A stretch of 64,000 bases of DNA from a virus: positions 17,956 to 81,955 of IMG/VR virus record IMGVR_UViG_3300035661_000038; one strand, given 5' to 3'. A program made the translations under genes and the position numbers. Under the pieces are notes generated by a model. It made no database searches and was not told the origin of the DNA. It saw nothing but the letters and a program-made list of their open reading frames with translations. This document shows, one piece after another, positions 19,532 through 29,116 of this stretch (position 1 is the first letter of the stretch; each line of letters starts with the position of its first letter).

Positions 19532-20346
19532 CACTCGTCGGATGTCGCGCCCGAGCGCAGCCGTCGACCGCCGGCGATCGCGTTGAACCGCGCGAGCAAG
19601 TCGAGCCGCCGGAACTCCAAGTGCATGTTGCCGTTCTTGTACGTCTTGAACGCGAAGTACGGCGTCTCGCCGTGTCCGGTGAACGCCTTGTCGCGGATGA
19701 GCGACGAGATCGCGCTGTAGTGGGTCTTCGTGATTTGGCCGCGCCCGTCGAGCGCCGAAAAGACGTTCTCCAATGCCGTGAGGTACTCGTCGGTGCGGTA
19801 GTGGTTCACGCGCCACGACGAGCAGAGCTTCCCCCACGGCTCGACGACGTGCATGAGCACGATCTTGCGCGGCACTTCGTACTCGCTGTTCTGCTTGTAC
19901 TTGGAGCGTCGCGGCCGCAGCCAGTCGAAGACCTCTTCGATCGCCTCGGCCAGCATCACGTCGAGGTTGGCCGAGATGCTTGTCACGAAGTCGCTGACCG
20001 AGCGCTCCGTCACCTCGGGGAGCTCGCGGCGCTCGACCTGGCGCTGGAGCTCCTGCCACCGCGTCGCGCTCATCATCCGCCGCAGCTCCAACCGCTCGAT
20101 GAGCACCTGCCAAACGTCGTGGCGCATCGCGAGCAACGCATCGTTCACCGCGCGGTCACCGAGTGCGAAGTAACGATCGCCCGTGACGCGGATTGTCCGG
20201 CACGAATCCGCACGGAACGCGTCGTTGAGCCGTATCTCTGCCTCCTGGAGCTCGGCGTACGCGACGCGAATCTTCGCGACCGCCTCCTCGTAGACGCGTA
20301 CGAGCTCGGTGATGGTGAGGCGGCGGGCGAGTGTGACGCGGGGCAT
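19531..20346 (-). CDS. DUF4942-like protein
   Basis: EVFDWLRP...KYKQN, LENVFSALDG, ETPYFAFKTYKNGNMHLEF motifs. Confidence 0.75.
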   Translation of the reverse strand: MPRVTLARRLTITELVRVYEEAVAKIRVAYAELQEAEIRLNDAFRADSCRTIRVTGDRYFALGDRAVNDALLAMRHDVWQVLIERLELRRMMSATRWQELQRQVERRELPEVTERSVSDFVTSISANLDVMLAEAIEEVFDWLRPRRSKYKQNSEYEVPRKIVLMHVVEPWGKLCSSWRVNHYRTDEYLTALENVFSALDGRGQITKTHYSAISSLIRDKAFTGHGETPYFAFKTYKNGNMHLEFRRLDLLARFNAIAGGRRLRSGATSDE

Positions 20347-20432
20347 CCACCGTTCGATGCCGCCTCGGGTGCGCGAACGACAGGGCCCCCGATCGCAACA
20401 GCGACCGGGGGCCCCTCATCACCGCACCGTGC

Positions 20433-20675
20433 TCAGACGGTCGCCGGCGTCTTCATCGCTTCGAGTGCGGCCTCGATCTGCGCGATGAGGTCGTTGGCCG
20501 CCTGCGTGGTCGTGGTCACATCACTCGCGGCCGCCGTCACGGCCGCCTGCGCGGCGACGAGCGACGCCTGCGCGTTCGCGAGCGCAGCAGCGGCGACCTG
20601 TTCTGCCGAGCGCGCGGCCTTGAGCTGGTCGATCTGCGCGAGCACTGCCGAAATCGGATCGATCGGGTCACCCAT
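20433..20675 (-). CDS. Small Ala-rich coiled-coil protein
   Basis: MGDPIDP...; helical pattern. Confidence 0.5.
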   Translation of the reverse strand: MGDPIDPISAVLAQIDQLKAARSAEQVAAAALANAQASLVAAQAAVTAAASDVTTTTQAANDLIAQIEAALEAMKTPATV

Positions 20676-20737
20676 GTGACTTCTCTTTTCGTGATGCCGG
20701 TGACGCCGGCGGGGTTGGTGTCGCGCGAGCGACATGC

Positions 20738-22930
20738 TCACGCGTCGTCATCCTTCTTCAGCGGGAGCCCACCGCCCAGCGACGGGGCCGCTGGCGGCTT
20801 CAGCGGGCCCGCAGGCGCGCCCGAGGGAGCTCCAGGGAGCTTGGGGCCGCCCGGAGACGGCGGGCCCTTCCTCGGAGCGCCAGGGAGCTCGAGCGGGGGT
20901 GTCTTGAGAGCGTCGGCGGGCGGCGGCTCGCCGACCTTGCCGAGCTCCGCGTTCGCAGCGCTCGCGACCGTTTTCGCGTTCTTGGCCTTGAACTCGGCCA
21001 TCGTCAGGTCGCCATCGGGACCCGGCAGCGGCGGCAGGTTGATGCTCGCGCGCGCCTCGTTGACCGTAATGATGGTCGCGAGATCGGTGGGCGCGAGAGT
21101 GATACCGCCCGCGACCTTGCCGCCCTTCGGCTTCGTGCCGTCCTCGTCATCGGCAGGCGTGTCGGTGGGCTTCGCGCCGATGTCGACACTGCGCGAGATC
21201 GTCGCGCCGCTCGGGAGCTCCTGAGTGTGCGTGACCGAACCCGCGGCTGCGTCATCGACGTCGCCGAGCATCGCCGCCGTCTTTGTCTCTTCTTCGGCGA
21301 GACCCGCCTGCATTGCCTTCCACTCTGCCTCAGGGTCATGGCCGACGAGCGAGGCCATATAGCGGGTGGCCGTCTGCTGCGTCATGAACGCCTTGCCCCC
21401 CGTCGCGGCGGTGAGCGCGGGCGCGGCCTTGGAGAGGTCATCGACCGTCGGCGAGAAGAACGACGGCCACTGGAGCTCCACCTCACCGCTCTCGCCCGGT
21501 GAGCGCTCGACCACCGTCACCGTCTCCTCGCCCGTGGGCAGGCCGTTGTCGTCCAACACCGGCGCGCGCTCGAATCGCGGCGGGTAGTTCAGTCTGACCT
21601 CTTGCTCTTCTTCGCTGCCGTCGTCCTGCGTGACGGTGACGCGCGTGCCGATCATCCTCGTGGCGACCGAGTTGATCTGGTCGAGCATCCGCACGATGAG
21701 CGCGCCGTACTGCTCGCGGAGCACCGCCGCCTTGCCGAGCATCGGTTCGAAGAGCGTCTCAATCGTCACCGACGAGACGCCGTTCGCCGCGATTTCTGAC
21801 GGGTCCGGCACAATGCACTGCGCCGTCTCCAACGCCGACCGGCGCTTGGATTCGAACAGCTTGAGGCCCGCCTCGATGCTCGTGCCCGCGAGCTCCATGT
21901 ACTCCGCGTCGCCGTCCTTGCCGGTGACGATCGCGTTGTCGGAGCCTTTCTTGACCGCGCCGCGCGCGACGAGCTCGGGGTCCATCTTGAGCTTCAATGT
22001 CGGGTCGAGGTTGAGCACCCCGCCACGCGCAAGCACCGAGTAGAGGATGTCGAGCGTGTCGCACGTCTCGTAGAGCCCGTCGTAGTCGGGCAGCCCGTCG
22101 ATGTCCTCGTCATTCGGGAGGTTCTGGCACCAGTGGAAGTGACACGCGCCTTCGCCGTGCGCGACCGACTTCTCCACCGTCCAGTTCGGGATCTCCACCG
22201 ACTTGTCGAAGCGCACCGGGGCAAACACGATGTCCTCGTCCAGCGTCCAATCGCGCCGATACCAGAACCAATTCATCGCCCACGCGCGCTTCGTCGCGTC
22301 CCACTCCTCTTTCTCGAACAGGTAGCACTCCGTCGCCCACGCCGGCACGAGCGCTGAGCGGTCGGCCCATTCGTGGACAAAGATGTTCTTCGCATTGTGG
22401 ACTTCGATGCGCGGGCGCCCGTTCACGAACGACCACGACATGCCGACAGAGCCCATCCCGCCGCCGAGCGTGCGCGCGCGGATCATCTTCACCGGCAACC
22501 CCGCAAGCCGCGAGGTGGCCTGGGTGAAGTCGCGGCGCGCGTCGTCGCCCTCGACGCGAAGCTGAGGGAAGCGGTTCTTGCCGAACAGCAGGTTCGTGAA
22601 CGCGCCGACGATGATCGGCCCGAGGCGGTAGGGGGAGCTCGGACGGCGGTTCCTCATCGGCACGAAGAACGGCACCTTCTCCTGCGAGATCATCGGCTGC
22701 GTCGCGCCGGCGCCGGTCGCCTTAGAGATCGAACGACCGTCGAAGTCGTACAGCTTGCCGTCGTGCTGTCGGTTTTCGAGATACTGCTGGCGCCGGTTCA
22801 GCTCGCGAAAGCGCGCCGTGTCGAGGATGGCGCGCGACGGCGCGAACCCCTGATTGAACGGGTCCGCGCCGCCCACCGCCTTACCGTATGAGGACTGCCC
22901 GACCGCCTGCCCGTTCGCCATCATCGACAT
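20738..22930 (-). CDS. Portal protein with long Pro/Gly-rich C-terminal extension
   Basis: 730 aa upstream of the minor head gene; IIVGAFTNLLFG, GDAEYMEL and VELQWPSFF portal-like motifs. Confidence 0.8.
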   Translation of the reverse strand: MSMMANGQAVGQSSYGKAVGGADPFNQGFAPSRAILDTARFRELNRRQQYLENRQHDGKLYDFDGRSISKATGAGATQPMISQEKVPFFVPMRNRRPSSPYRLGPIIVGAFTNLLFGKNRFPQLRVEGDDARRDFTQATSRLAGLPVKMIRARTLGGGMGSVGMSWSFVNGRPRIEVHNAKNIFVHEWADRSALVPAWATECYLFEKEEWDATKRAWAMNWFWYRRDWTLDEDIVFAPVRFDKSVEIPNWTVEKSVAHGEGACHFHWCQNLPNDEDIDGLPDYDGLYETCDTLDILYSVLARGGVLNLDPTLKLKMDPELVARGAVKKGSDNAIVTGKDGDAEYMELAGTSIEAGLKLFESKRRSALETAQCIVPDPSEIAANGVSSVTIETLFEPMLGKAAVLREQYGALIVRMLDQINSVATRMIGTRVTVTQDDGSEEEQEVRLNYPPRFERAPVLDDNGLPTGEETVTVVERSPGESGEVELQWPSFFSPTVDDLSKAAPALTAATGGKAFMTQQTATRYMASLVGHDPEAEWKAMQAGLAEEETKTAAMLGDVDDAAAGSVTHTQELPSGATISRSVDIGAKPTDTPADDEDGTKPKGGKVAGGITLAPTDLATIITVNEARASINLPPLPGPDGDLTMAEFKAKNAKTVASAANAELGKVGEPPPADALKTPPLELPGAPRKGPPSPGGPKLPGAPSGAPAGPLKPPAAPSLGGGLPLKKDDDA

Positions 22931-22933
22931 CCG

Positions 22934-23236
22934 TCAGCCTCCCGCGCGAGCTCGTGCCTGCGCGATGCGGTCCGCAACCGTCCCCCGTCTCGCCACCGGC
23001 GCCGGTAGAGGCTCGCGCGTCGCCTCACGCGCCTCTGCCACCATGCGCTGTGCCGCTGGCGACAACGCCACTGGTGGGATCGGTGTGTCATCCTCGTCGT
23101 CCGATGGCGACTCGCCAGCGAACGCCGTCTCGCTCTCGGAGGACAGCGGCGGCTTGAACGCCGCCACGCGCAGGCCGATTCGGATGAGTGCGACGCCAGC
23201 GAGCTCGCGCACGCGGGTGAGGAAGTCGACGAGCAT
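22934..23236 (-). CDS. Hypothetical protein
   Basis: 100-aa ORF tightly packed between neighbours. Confidence 0.5.
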   Translation of the reverse strand: MLVDFLTRVRELAGVALIRIGLRVAAFKPPLSSESETAFAGESPSDDEDDTPIPPVALSPAAQRMVAEAREATREPLPAPVARRGTVADRIAQARARAGG

Positions 23237-23238
23237 CG

Positions 23239-23733
23239 TCAGTAGCCGATCGTGGTGAGATCAGCGGCCATCGCGAACTCGTACTCCCCCGCCGGCGCAG
23301 CCGCCGGGTTGGTGTCGTTGACGACGAGCATCACGAGCTCGCCACCCGCGGTCATGTCCGCGAGCGACGCAGCGTCGGCGCTCTTGGCGCGCTGGGAGAT
23401 GCCAAGCGTGTCGAAGAACGAGATCTTGCCGTCTTCGAGGTTCGTCACCGGCCCGAGCGCAAACCAGCGCTGGGTCAACGAGTCGTACACGTAGAGCTGC
23501 GCGGGGAGCGCGACCGGCGTACCAATTCCCTTGTAGTTCATCGCGACCGCGATGCGGTGCGCCGGCCACCCGTTCACGTCGAGGAATCGGTGAGCGAGCA
23601 CGTTGTCGAGCTCGTCTCCCCCGACCATCACCGGCGCCGAGACGCCGTAGACCGGCGCGCCGGGCACCACGTCACTGCCGAGCGCGGTGCCACCGGCGCC
23701 CTTCCACCGCGAGAACTTCTTGTGCATATGCAT
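23239..23733 (-). CDS. Hypothetical (possibly structural) protein
   Basis: AAGGAG SD; 164 aa. Confidence 0.6.
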   Translation of the reverse strand: MHMHKKFSRWKGAGGTALGSDVVPGAPVYGVSAPVMVGGDELDNVLAHRFLDVNGWPAHRIAVAMNYKGIGTPVALPAQLYVYDSLTQRWFALGPVTNLEDGKISFFDTLGISQRAKSADAASLADMTAGGELVMLVVNDTNPAAAPAGEYEFAMAADLTTIGY

Positions 23734-23765
23734 CGCCGCCGTCTCCTTCGGAGCCCGGCTGCGAC

Positions 23766-23787
23766 GACCAAAAGGCGCCTTTTGGTC
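23766..23787. repeat. 22-bp dispersed palindrome copy 5 (GGCGCC, perfect)
   Basis: Overlaps the TGA stop of 23786..24340. Confidence 0.95.
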
Positions 23788-24340
23788 AGACCAGGCTCAC
23801 CGCGGCCCAGGCTACACGAAGCCCCGGCCCAGCGCCGTAGAGCCCGAGCCCGAGGTAGCCGTCATTCGGCGAGAAGACGCGCGCCGACCCGCGCACGATC
23901 CATCCGCCCTCGGGGCGCTCGGCGCCCAGCATCGAGAGATCGAACGCCGGCTCGCGTTCGTCCGCTGCGAAGCCCGGTCGCTGGGCGAGCGCTTGAGTGG
24001 TGTCGGGAGTGATGCGGATCTGCCCCGTGAAGCGATCCGTCTTCTCCGCGTCGACGTTGCGCACGAGTCGCGCCGCCCACCGGATCATCTGATGGCGCTG
24101 GGTTACGAACATCAGCATCGGGCACACGAGCCCCGGGTGACTCGGCAACGGCCATCCCGCGCCCCACGCGCGCTTGAAGTACCCGCCGACCGCTGAGAGG
24201 TGGAACAGGGTCGGATCCACCGGCAAGAGCGTCACCCCGTGCGATGCGAGGATCGCGGCTTGGGCCGCGTCGACGATCGCCCCTTCCCAAAAGTCTCCCG
24301 TCAGGTCCTCGACGACGATGTGGTGCTGTCCGTTCTGCAT
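23786..24340 (-). CDS. Hypothetical protein
   Basis: AGGAGG SD; 184 aa. Confidence 0.6.
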   Translation of the reverse strand: MQNGQHHIVVEDLTGDFWEGAIVDAAQAAILASHGVTLLPVDPTLFHLSAVGGYFKRAWGAGWPLPSHPGLVCPMLMFVTQRHQMIRWAARLVRNVDAEKTDRFTGQIRITPDTTQALAQRPGFAADEREPAFDLSMLGAERPEGGWIVRGSARVFSPNDGYLGLGLYGAGPGLRVAWAAVSLV

Positions 24341-24390
24341 GGCTCGCGCGCCTCCTAGCGCGCGAGCCTACGACGGCCACTGCGCGCGCG

Positions 24391-25023
24391 TCACGAGCTC
24401 GACGAGCTCGGCGCCGGGTGCGCACTCGCCCACGCCGTCGCAAAGCCGACGCGGTGCTTCGCGTGCAAGCTTCCCTCAACGCAGCGTCCGTTCGTGTAAA
24501 TCGAAAAGACGTCCGCGCCCGCGAGTGCCTTCTTGGCGGCGTTTAGCGGGTGTTTCGCGTCGGAGCAGATCGCCCGCGAGACACGAAGCTTGTGAAGCGC
24601 GGCGCGCGCACACTTCTTCCGGTCGACGACGAGCTCGTCCGCAGTCCACCCCTCCGCGGTCTCCATCCCGCGTCCCTTCACGTACCGCGCGTCGACGAGC
24701 ACTTGGAGTAAGCACACCTCGCCCGCGGGACCGCGGACGGCGCCAGTGTCCACGAGTAGGTCGTAACCGCTCTCGAAGCGTGCGATCGACATCAGCAACA
24801 GCGCCGTCCTCGCGCGCGCGTCCGCCCCCTCGAAGACCGGCGTCTCGTTCGCGTCGCTCGCGACCTCGATGAAGTCGCGCGCAATCGACTCGCGGCGCGC
24901 GAGGTACGCCGCCGGCGTCTCCCCGTTCAATGCGAGCTTCGAAAACGGGCCTGGTTGCGTTTCCGCGGGCACCGGGAACCACGAAAGCGACGCCGCAACG
25001 AGCCAGGCGATGAGGTGCTTCAT
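24391..25023 (-). CDS. Secreted lytic transglycosylase-like protein
   Basis: Signal peptide MKHLIAWLVAASLSW; IARFESG (catalytic ES) and GEVCLLQV. Confidence 0.6.
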   Translation of the reverse strand: MKHLIAWLVAASLSWFPVPAETQPGPFSKLALNGETPAAYLARRESIARDFIEVASDANETPVFEGADARARTALLLMSIARFESGYDLLVDTGAVRGPAGEVCLLQVLVDARYVKGRGMETAEGWTADELVVDRKKCARAALHKLRVSRAICSDAKHPLNAAKKALAGADVFSIYTNGRCVEGSLHAKHRVGFATAWASAHPAPSSSSS

Positions 25024-25057
25024 TGGACCGCGGAGAATGCCGCGGCCGCGTACGGAG

Positions 25058-25804
25058 TCACGCGGGATCGGCGATGAAGCTCGCGTTGAGAGCGGCCACA
25101 ATTGACTCTGCACGTGAGCCTTCCGCGGGACCGCTGCTCTTCTGGAAGGCCATCGCGCGGAGCAACACCTTGAGTTGATCGAGCGAGCCGAAGAACACGT
25201 CGTGGTCGACGCGAGGGCTCGTGATGCCCGGCACGCTGCACCCGTTGTCGCCTGCGTACTGCCACCCGATTGCGCTCGACCACGCGCGAGGGATCGTCGG
25301 CCGGCGCACACCGTAGTGCGCGACGATGAGCGGGCGCGTCGCGATCGCGAGCTCGCGCGCGGGCGCCCACCGATCGGCGAACCCGGGACCCGTGTAGACG
25401 AAGAACTGCGTCTGAAAAAGCCGCTCTCCCTCGTCGAGGAACGCCGCGAGTTCTTCGGGCTCGTGGCCGCCACCGGCCACCTCCCAATCGACCATCGGCG
25501 CGAGGTCGAGCCCCGGGCGGAAGTCCTTGCAGCGGTCGCGGAGGATGCGCGCCTGCGTGCGCGGATCCACGCCGCCGTGGATCGCGTGGTACGGACCCGC
25601 GAAGAAGTCCGCCGCGCGCGCGTTCGCCCAATTCTCGACCCAGCGTTCGTCCGCCGTCGACCAGTCGCTCTCGCCCTCGCGAATCCAACCGAACGCGATC
25701 GCTGCCGCGGCAACGGCGTGCCAATCGATCGGTCCCTGGAATTTCGAAATGTCGATTCCTTCGAGGCCAGGGATGGGCGAGGTGGGAACGCAAACGGCGG
25801 TCAT
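25058..25804 (-). CDS. GH25 muramidase (endolysin)
   Basis: GIDISKFQG, PMVDWE, GWQY and VDHD motifs. Confidence 0.88.
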   Translation of the reverse strand: MTAVCVPTSPIPGLEGIDISKFQGPIDWHAVAAAAIAFGWIREGESDWSTADERWVENWANARAADFFAGPYHAIHGGVDPRTQARILRDRCKDFRPGLDLAPMVDWEVAGGGHEPEELAAFLDEGERLFQTQFFVYTGPGFADRWAPARELAIATRPLIVAHYGVRRPTIPRAWSSAIGWQYAGDNGCSVPGITSPRVDHDVFFGSLDQLKVLLRAMAFQKSSGPAEGSRAESIVAALNASFIADPA

Positions 25805-25900
25805 GCGCCCAAGGCTACCGCGGAACGGCGAAACCCCTACCCCTACAAGACCGGAGAAGGGGTTTCGTCGTCGCCAATCACCGGCGCAGCGCTCGCAATC

Positions 25901-26194
25901 CTAGCGCGCCGCGCAGCGCACGTTCGGGCACGCGCGAATCGCCGCCACCGTCGTCGCGTCCGCGATGCACCGCGCATCGAACGCGAGCCGCGGATCCTTG
26001 CGACCGAGCACCGCTTCGCACGTATCCCCGCCCGGCGCAGGATCGCCCTCGGGACAGTCGTGGATGCGGAGGTTGAAGCACGCCAGCGCCTCAACCTCCG
26101 CATCCACCGCCGGCGTCACCGGACCTCGCGGCGTCGGGCGCGAGCAACACGCCCCGACCACCGCCACGACTCCAACCGCGAGCGCGCGGATCAC
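25901..26194 (-). CDS. Cys-rich lipoprotein-like protein
   Basis: Lipobox VVGAC; several cysteines; within the lysis cluster. Confidence 0.55.
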   Translation of the reverse strand: MIRALAVGVVAVVGACCSRPTPRGPVTPAVDAEVEALACFNLRIHDCPEGDPAPGGDTCEAVLGRKDPRLAFDARCIADATTVAAIRACPNVRCAAR

Positions 26195-27111
26195 GCTGAC
26201 ACCTCCGGAATCACCGTCGCGGCGCTCTTGTCCTCCGCGATCTTGCGCTTCGGCGCCTCAGGCTTCGGCCCCACCGTCACCGCGTAGAGGTCACTCGTGC
26301 GCGGGTCGCAGAGCAGTGCCTTGCGGAACGTGAACCGCCCAAGCCCCTTGCCCCAGTCCTCCCACGGGCTGATGCCCTCGAAGACGATCTCTCCCGTCGC
26401 CGGATCGGTCTCGTACGCGAGGATGATGACCGCGTGGTTGCACGGCACGCGCGGATCAGGTTCGGGGCCGACGTCGCCCGAGCCGTCGTAGTTCTGGAAC
26501 ACGTTGCCCACCGCGATTGCGAACAGCACCGGGTAGCCTTGCGAGATCGCGTGGCACACCTCGGTCACCCGGTGGTCACCGTCACTCGTGATCTCATAAA
26601 CGCCGGTCAGACGAAACGCCGTCGCGTCCTTGACCGCCTGGAGATCGGGCTCGTCGTTGATGTGATTGTCGAGCGCATCCGCGTCCGACGGCAGATCGGC
26701 TTCGAGGCACACACCCCATTCAGCCGCCGCAGCGAATCCATCACTCGGGCTGCACCCGTCGTCGGTGAGCGGCGTGTTCGCGTCGCCGCGTGCCCAGCAT
26801 CGCGCGAAGTCGTAGCAGCCGCGCGCCGAGTGCTCAGGCGGGTTGTGCACACCCATCACCGCGAGGCGCGTGTCGATCGCACGCCACAACGCGAAGCCGA
26901 CACAGCTCGATGTGGCGCGCTGACTCTTGAACGGCGGCGTCGCGGGCATCAGCGACCAGCTCAGGGGGAGTCGCACCGGCGCGCCGAGCAGATGCTTGGC
27001 ACTCTGGTGCTTCGCCTTCTGCGCGGGCGTGTCGGGCTTGTACCCGAGGGCACGCGCGGGCGGCGGGATGATGGTCGTGGGCGCGGGCGGCGGATCGGTC
27101 GGTTCGCTCAT
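26191..27111 (-). CDS. Papain-like (C1A) cysteine peptidase
   Basis: SQRATSSCVGFA (Gln and catalytic Cys), NHAVIILAY (His), PWEDWG. Confidence 0.82.
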   Translation of the reverse strand: MSEPTDPPPAPTTIIPPPARALGYKPDTPAQKAKHQSAKHLLGAPVRLPLSWSLMPATPPFKSQRATSSCVGFALWRAIDTRLAVMGVHNPPEHSARGCYDFARCWARGDANTPLTDDGCSPSDGFAAAAEWGVCLEADLPSDADALDNHINDEPDLQAVKDATAFRLTGVYEITSDGDHRVTEVCHAISQGYPVLFAIAVGNVFQNYDGSGDVGPEPDPRVPCNHAVIILAYETDPATGEIVFEGISPWEDWGKGLGRFTFRKALLCDPRTSDLYAVTVGPKPEAPKRKIAEDKSAATVIPEVSA

Positions 27112-27144
27112 GCACCCGAGGCTATCGTGCGCGCATCGAGCACG

Positions 27145-27522
27145 TCACGACACCGCGCGCGTGATGTCTGAGGTCGGGTCGATCAAGATCGTGCCGCTGT
27201 CGATCGTCGACACCACCCCCGTCGCGTCCATCGCCTGCACGTCGTAGAGCAGCTTGGTCGGCGTGTCGGGGAAGAGCCGCGTCTTGCTCGCGGGCATCGT
27301 CACCGTCAGCGCGCCCAGGTTCACGTCGGTCACGACGATTCCACCCGAGCCGTCGCCTGTCTTCGCCGCGAACACCGCGTACTCGTCCGGGTCGCTCGCG
27401 AACCGCTTCACCGTGAACCAGAACGTCCACCCTGGCACCGGCATCACCGCGCCCGTGATCGAGTCGCGCACGACGAGCTTGATGACCAACGTGTCGCCGC
27501 GCGTCATCGTCTGCACACTCAT
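27145..27522 (-). CDS. BppU-like Ig-fold baseplate/fibre adaptor
   Basis: RGDT...WFTVKR...LLYDVQ pattern. Confidence 0.6.
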   Translation of the reverse strand: MSVQTMTRGDTLVIKLVVRDSITGAVMPVPGWTFWFTVKRFASDPDEYAVFAAKTGDGSGGIVVTDVNLGALTVTMPASKTRLFPDTPTKLLYDVQAMDATGVVSTIDSGTILIDPTSDITRAVS

Positions 27523-29108
27523 CTCGGATCTCCTCGAGGCTTGCTCGTCGAGACGACCACCGCGATCGGAGCCGTCGACTTCACCACCGTAGCAGCCGGA
27601 TGGGACGCGACGCCTTCGAGGCACGGTTGGGCGATCGGAGCCGTCGACTTCACTACCGTAGCAGCCGGATGGGACGCGTTTGCGGGCGCGACGCCTTCAA
27701 GGCGCGATTGTGCGACGGCGACACCCACCGACGTTGACGTGATCGGGAAGAGCACCGCCCCGACGCCCCCGACACGCGCGAGCCCCGAGCTCGTACCAAT
27801 GCCGATGAACGCAGCGATGCCAGCACCTCCGACCGTCGCCGCGCCCGAGCTCGTGCCAATGCCGATGTACGCAGCGATGCCGACGCCCCCGACCGACGCC
27901 GCGCCCGAGCTCGTACCCGTAGCGATTCGGATCTGGACAGCAATACCCGAGACCGTGGCTGCGCCCGCGCTCGCGGCAGTTGCGAGTGCGGTCGCCGCAC
28001 CCGTGCCCGCCACCGTAGCGGCCCCGCCGACAACTCCGATTCCGGTGAACCGACTAGCACCCGTTCCGGCGACGCTCGCCGCTCCTACGACCGCCCCGGT
28101 GCCTATCGCGAGCGCAACGCCGGTGCCCACTACCGTGCCCACGCCCACCGAGACGCCGAGCCCGGTGAAGGTCAACGAGCCCGTGCCCGCTACCGTGCCC
28201 GCACCCGACGAGACACCGAACCCGGCGAAGGTCGACGAGCCCGTGCCCGCTACCGTGCCCGCACCCGACGAGACACCGGTACCTATCGCGAGCGCAACGC
28301 TCGTGCCTGCTACCGACGCCGTACCCGACGAGACACCGGTACCTATCGCGAGCGCAACGCTCGTGCCTGCTACCGACGCCGTGCCCGACGAGACACCGAA
28401 CCCGGCGAAGGTCGACGAGCCCGTGCCAATGACGCTCGCCGCGCCTGTCACCGCGCCCGTAGCCGTCCAGGTGGCGGCCCCGACGCCAGAGACCAACGCG
28501 CTACTCGACGCTGCGCCCGTAGCCGTCCAAGTAGCCGCGCCGACGCCGGTGACCGCGGCGGCACCCAAACTCGAACCTGTCGCGATCGCGAGCGGCGCGC
28601 CGACGCCGGTAACCGCGGCAGCACCCGAGCTCGAACCCATCACGGTCGCGAGCGGTGCACCCGTACCCGAGACCGCGGCAGCACCCGAGCTCGAACCTGT
28701 CGCGATCGCGTTCGCGACGCCGGTGCCCGAGACCGCAGCGACACCTGAACTCGAACCTGTCGCGATCGCGAGCGGCGCGCCGATGCCCGAAACCGCAACG
28801 GCACCCGAGCTCGAACCTGTCGCGATCGCGATCGCGACGCCGGTGCCCGCGACGCTCGCCGCACCAACACTCGCGCCAGTGCCGATCACAAGCGCAACGC
28901 CGGTGCCCGAAACCGCGACCGCACCCGAGCTCGAACCTGTCGCGATCGCGATCGGCGCGCCGATGCCCGAGACGCTCGCCGCACCGACGCTCGCGCCAGT
29001 GCCGATCACAAGCGCAACGCCGGTGCCCGCGACGCTCGCCGCACCGACGCTCGCGCCGGTGCTAGTAACGACGCTCGCGCCGCTGAGCAGTGCGAGCAGA
29101 AGAGACAT
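27519..29108 (-). CDS. Gly/Ala/Thr/Ser/Val-rich 20-aa tandem-repeat fibre protein
   Basis: More than 20 repeats like TGSSSGAAAVSGTGAPLAIA; 60-bp DNA periodicity. Confidence 0.75.
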   Translation of the reverse strand: MSLLLALLSGASVVTSTGASVGAASVAGTGVALVIGTGASVGAASVSGIGAPIAIATGSSSGAVAVSGTGVALVIGTGASVGAASVAGTGVAIAIATGSSSGAVAVSGIGAPLAIATGSSSGVAAVSGTGVANAIATGSSSGAAAVSGTGAPLATVMGSSSGAAAVTGVGAPLAIATGSSLGAAAVTGVGAATWTATGAASSSALVSGVGAATWTATGAVTGAASVIGTGSSTFAGFGVSSGTASVAGTSVALAIGTGVSSGTASVAGTSVALAIGTGVSSGAGTVAGTGSSTFAGFGVSSGAGTVAGTGSLTFTGLGVSVGVGTVVGTGVALAIGTGAVVGAASVAGTGASRFTGIGVVGGAATVAGTGAATALATAASAGAATVSGIAVQIRIATGTSSGAASVGGVGIAAYIGIGTSSGAATVGGAGIAAFIGIGTSSGLARVGGVGAVLFPITSTSVGVAVAQSRLEGVAPANASHPAATVVKSTAPIAQPCLEGVASHPAATVVKSTAPIAVVVSTSKPRGDPR

Positions 29109-29116
29109 CGATCAGC

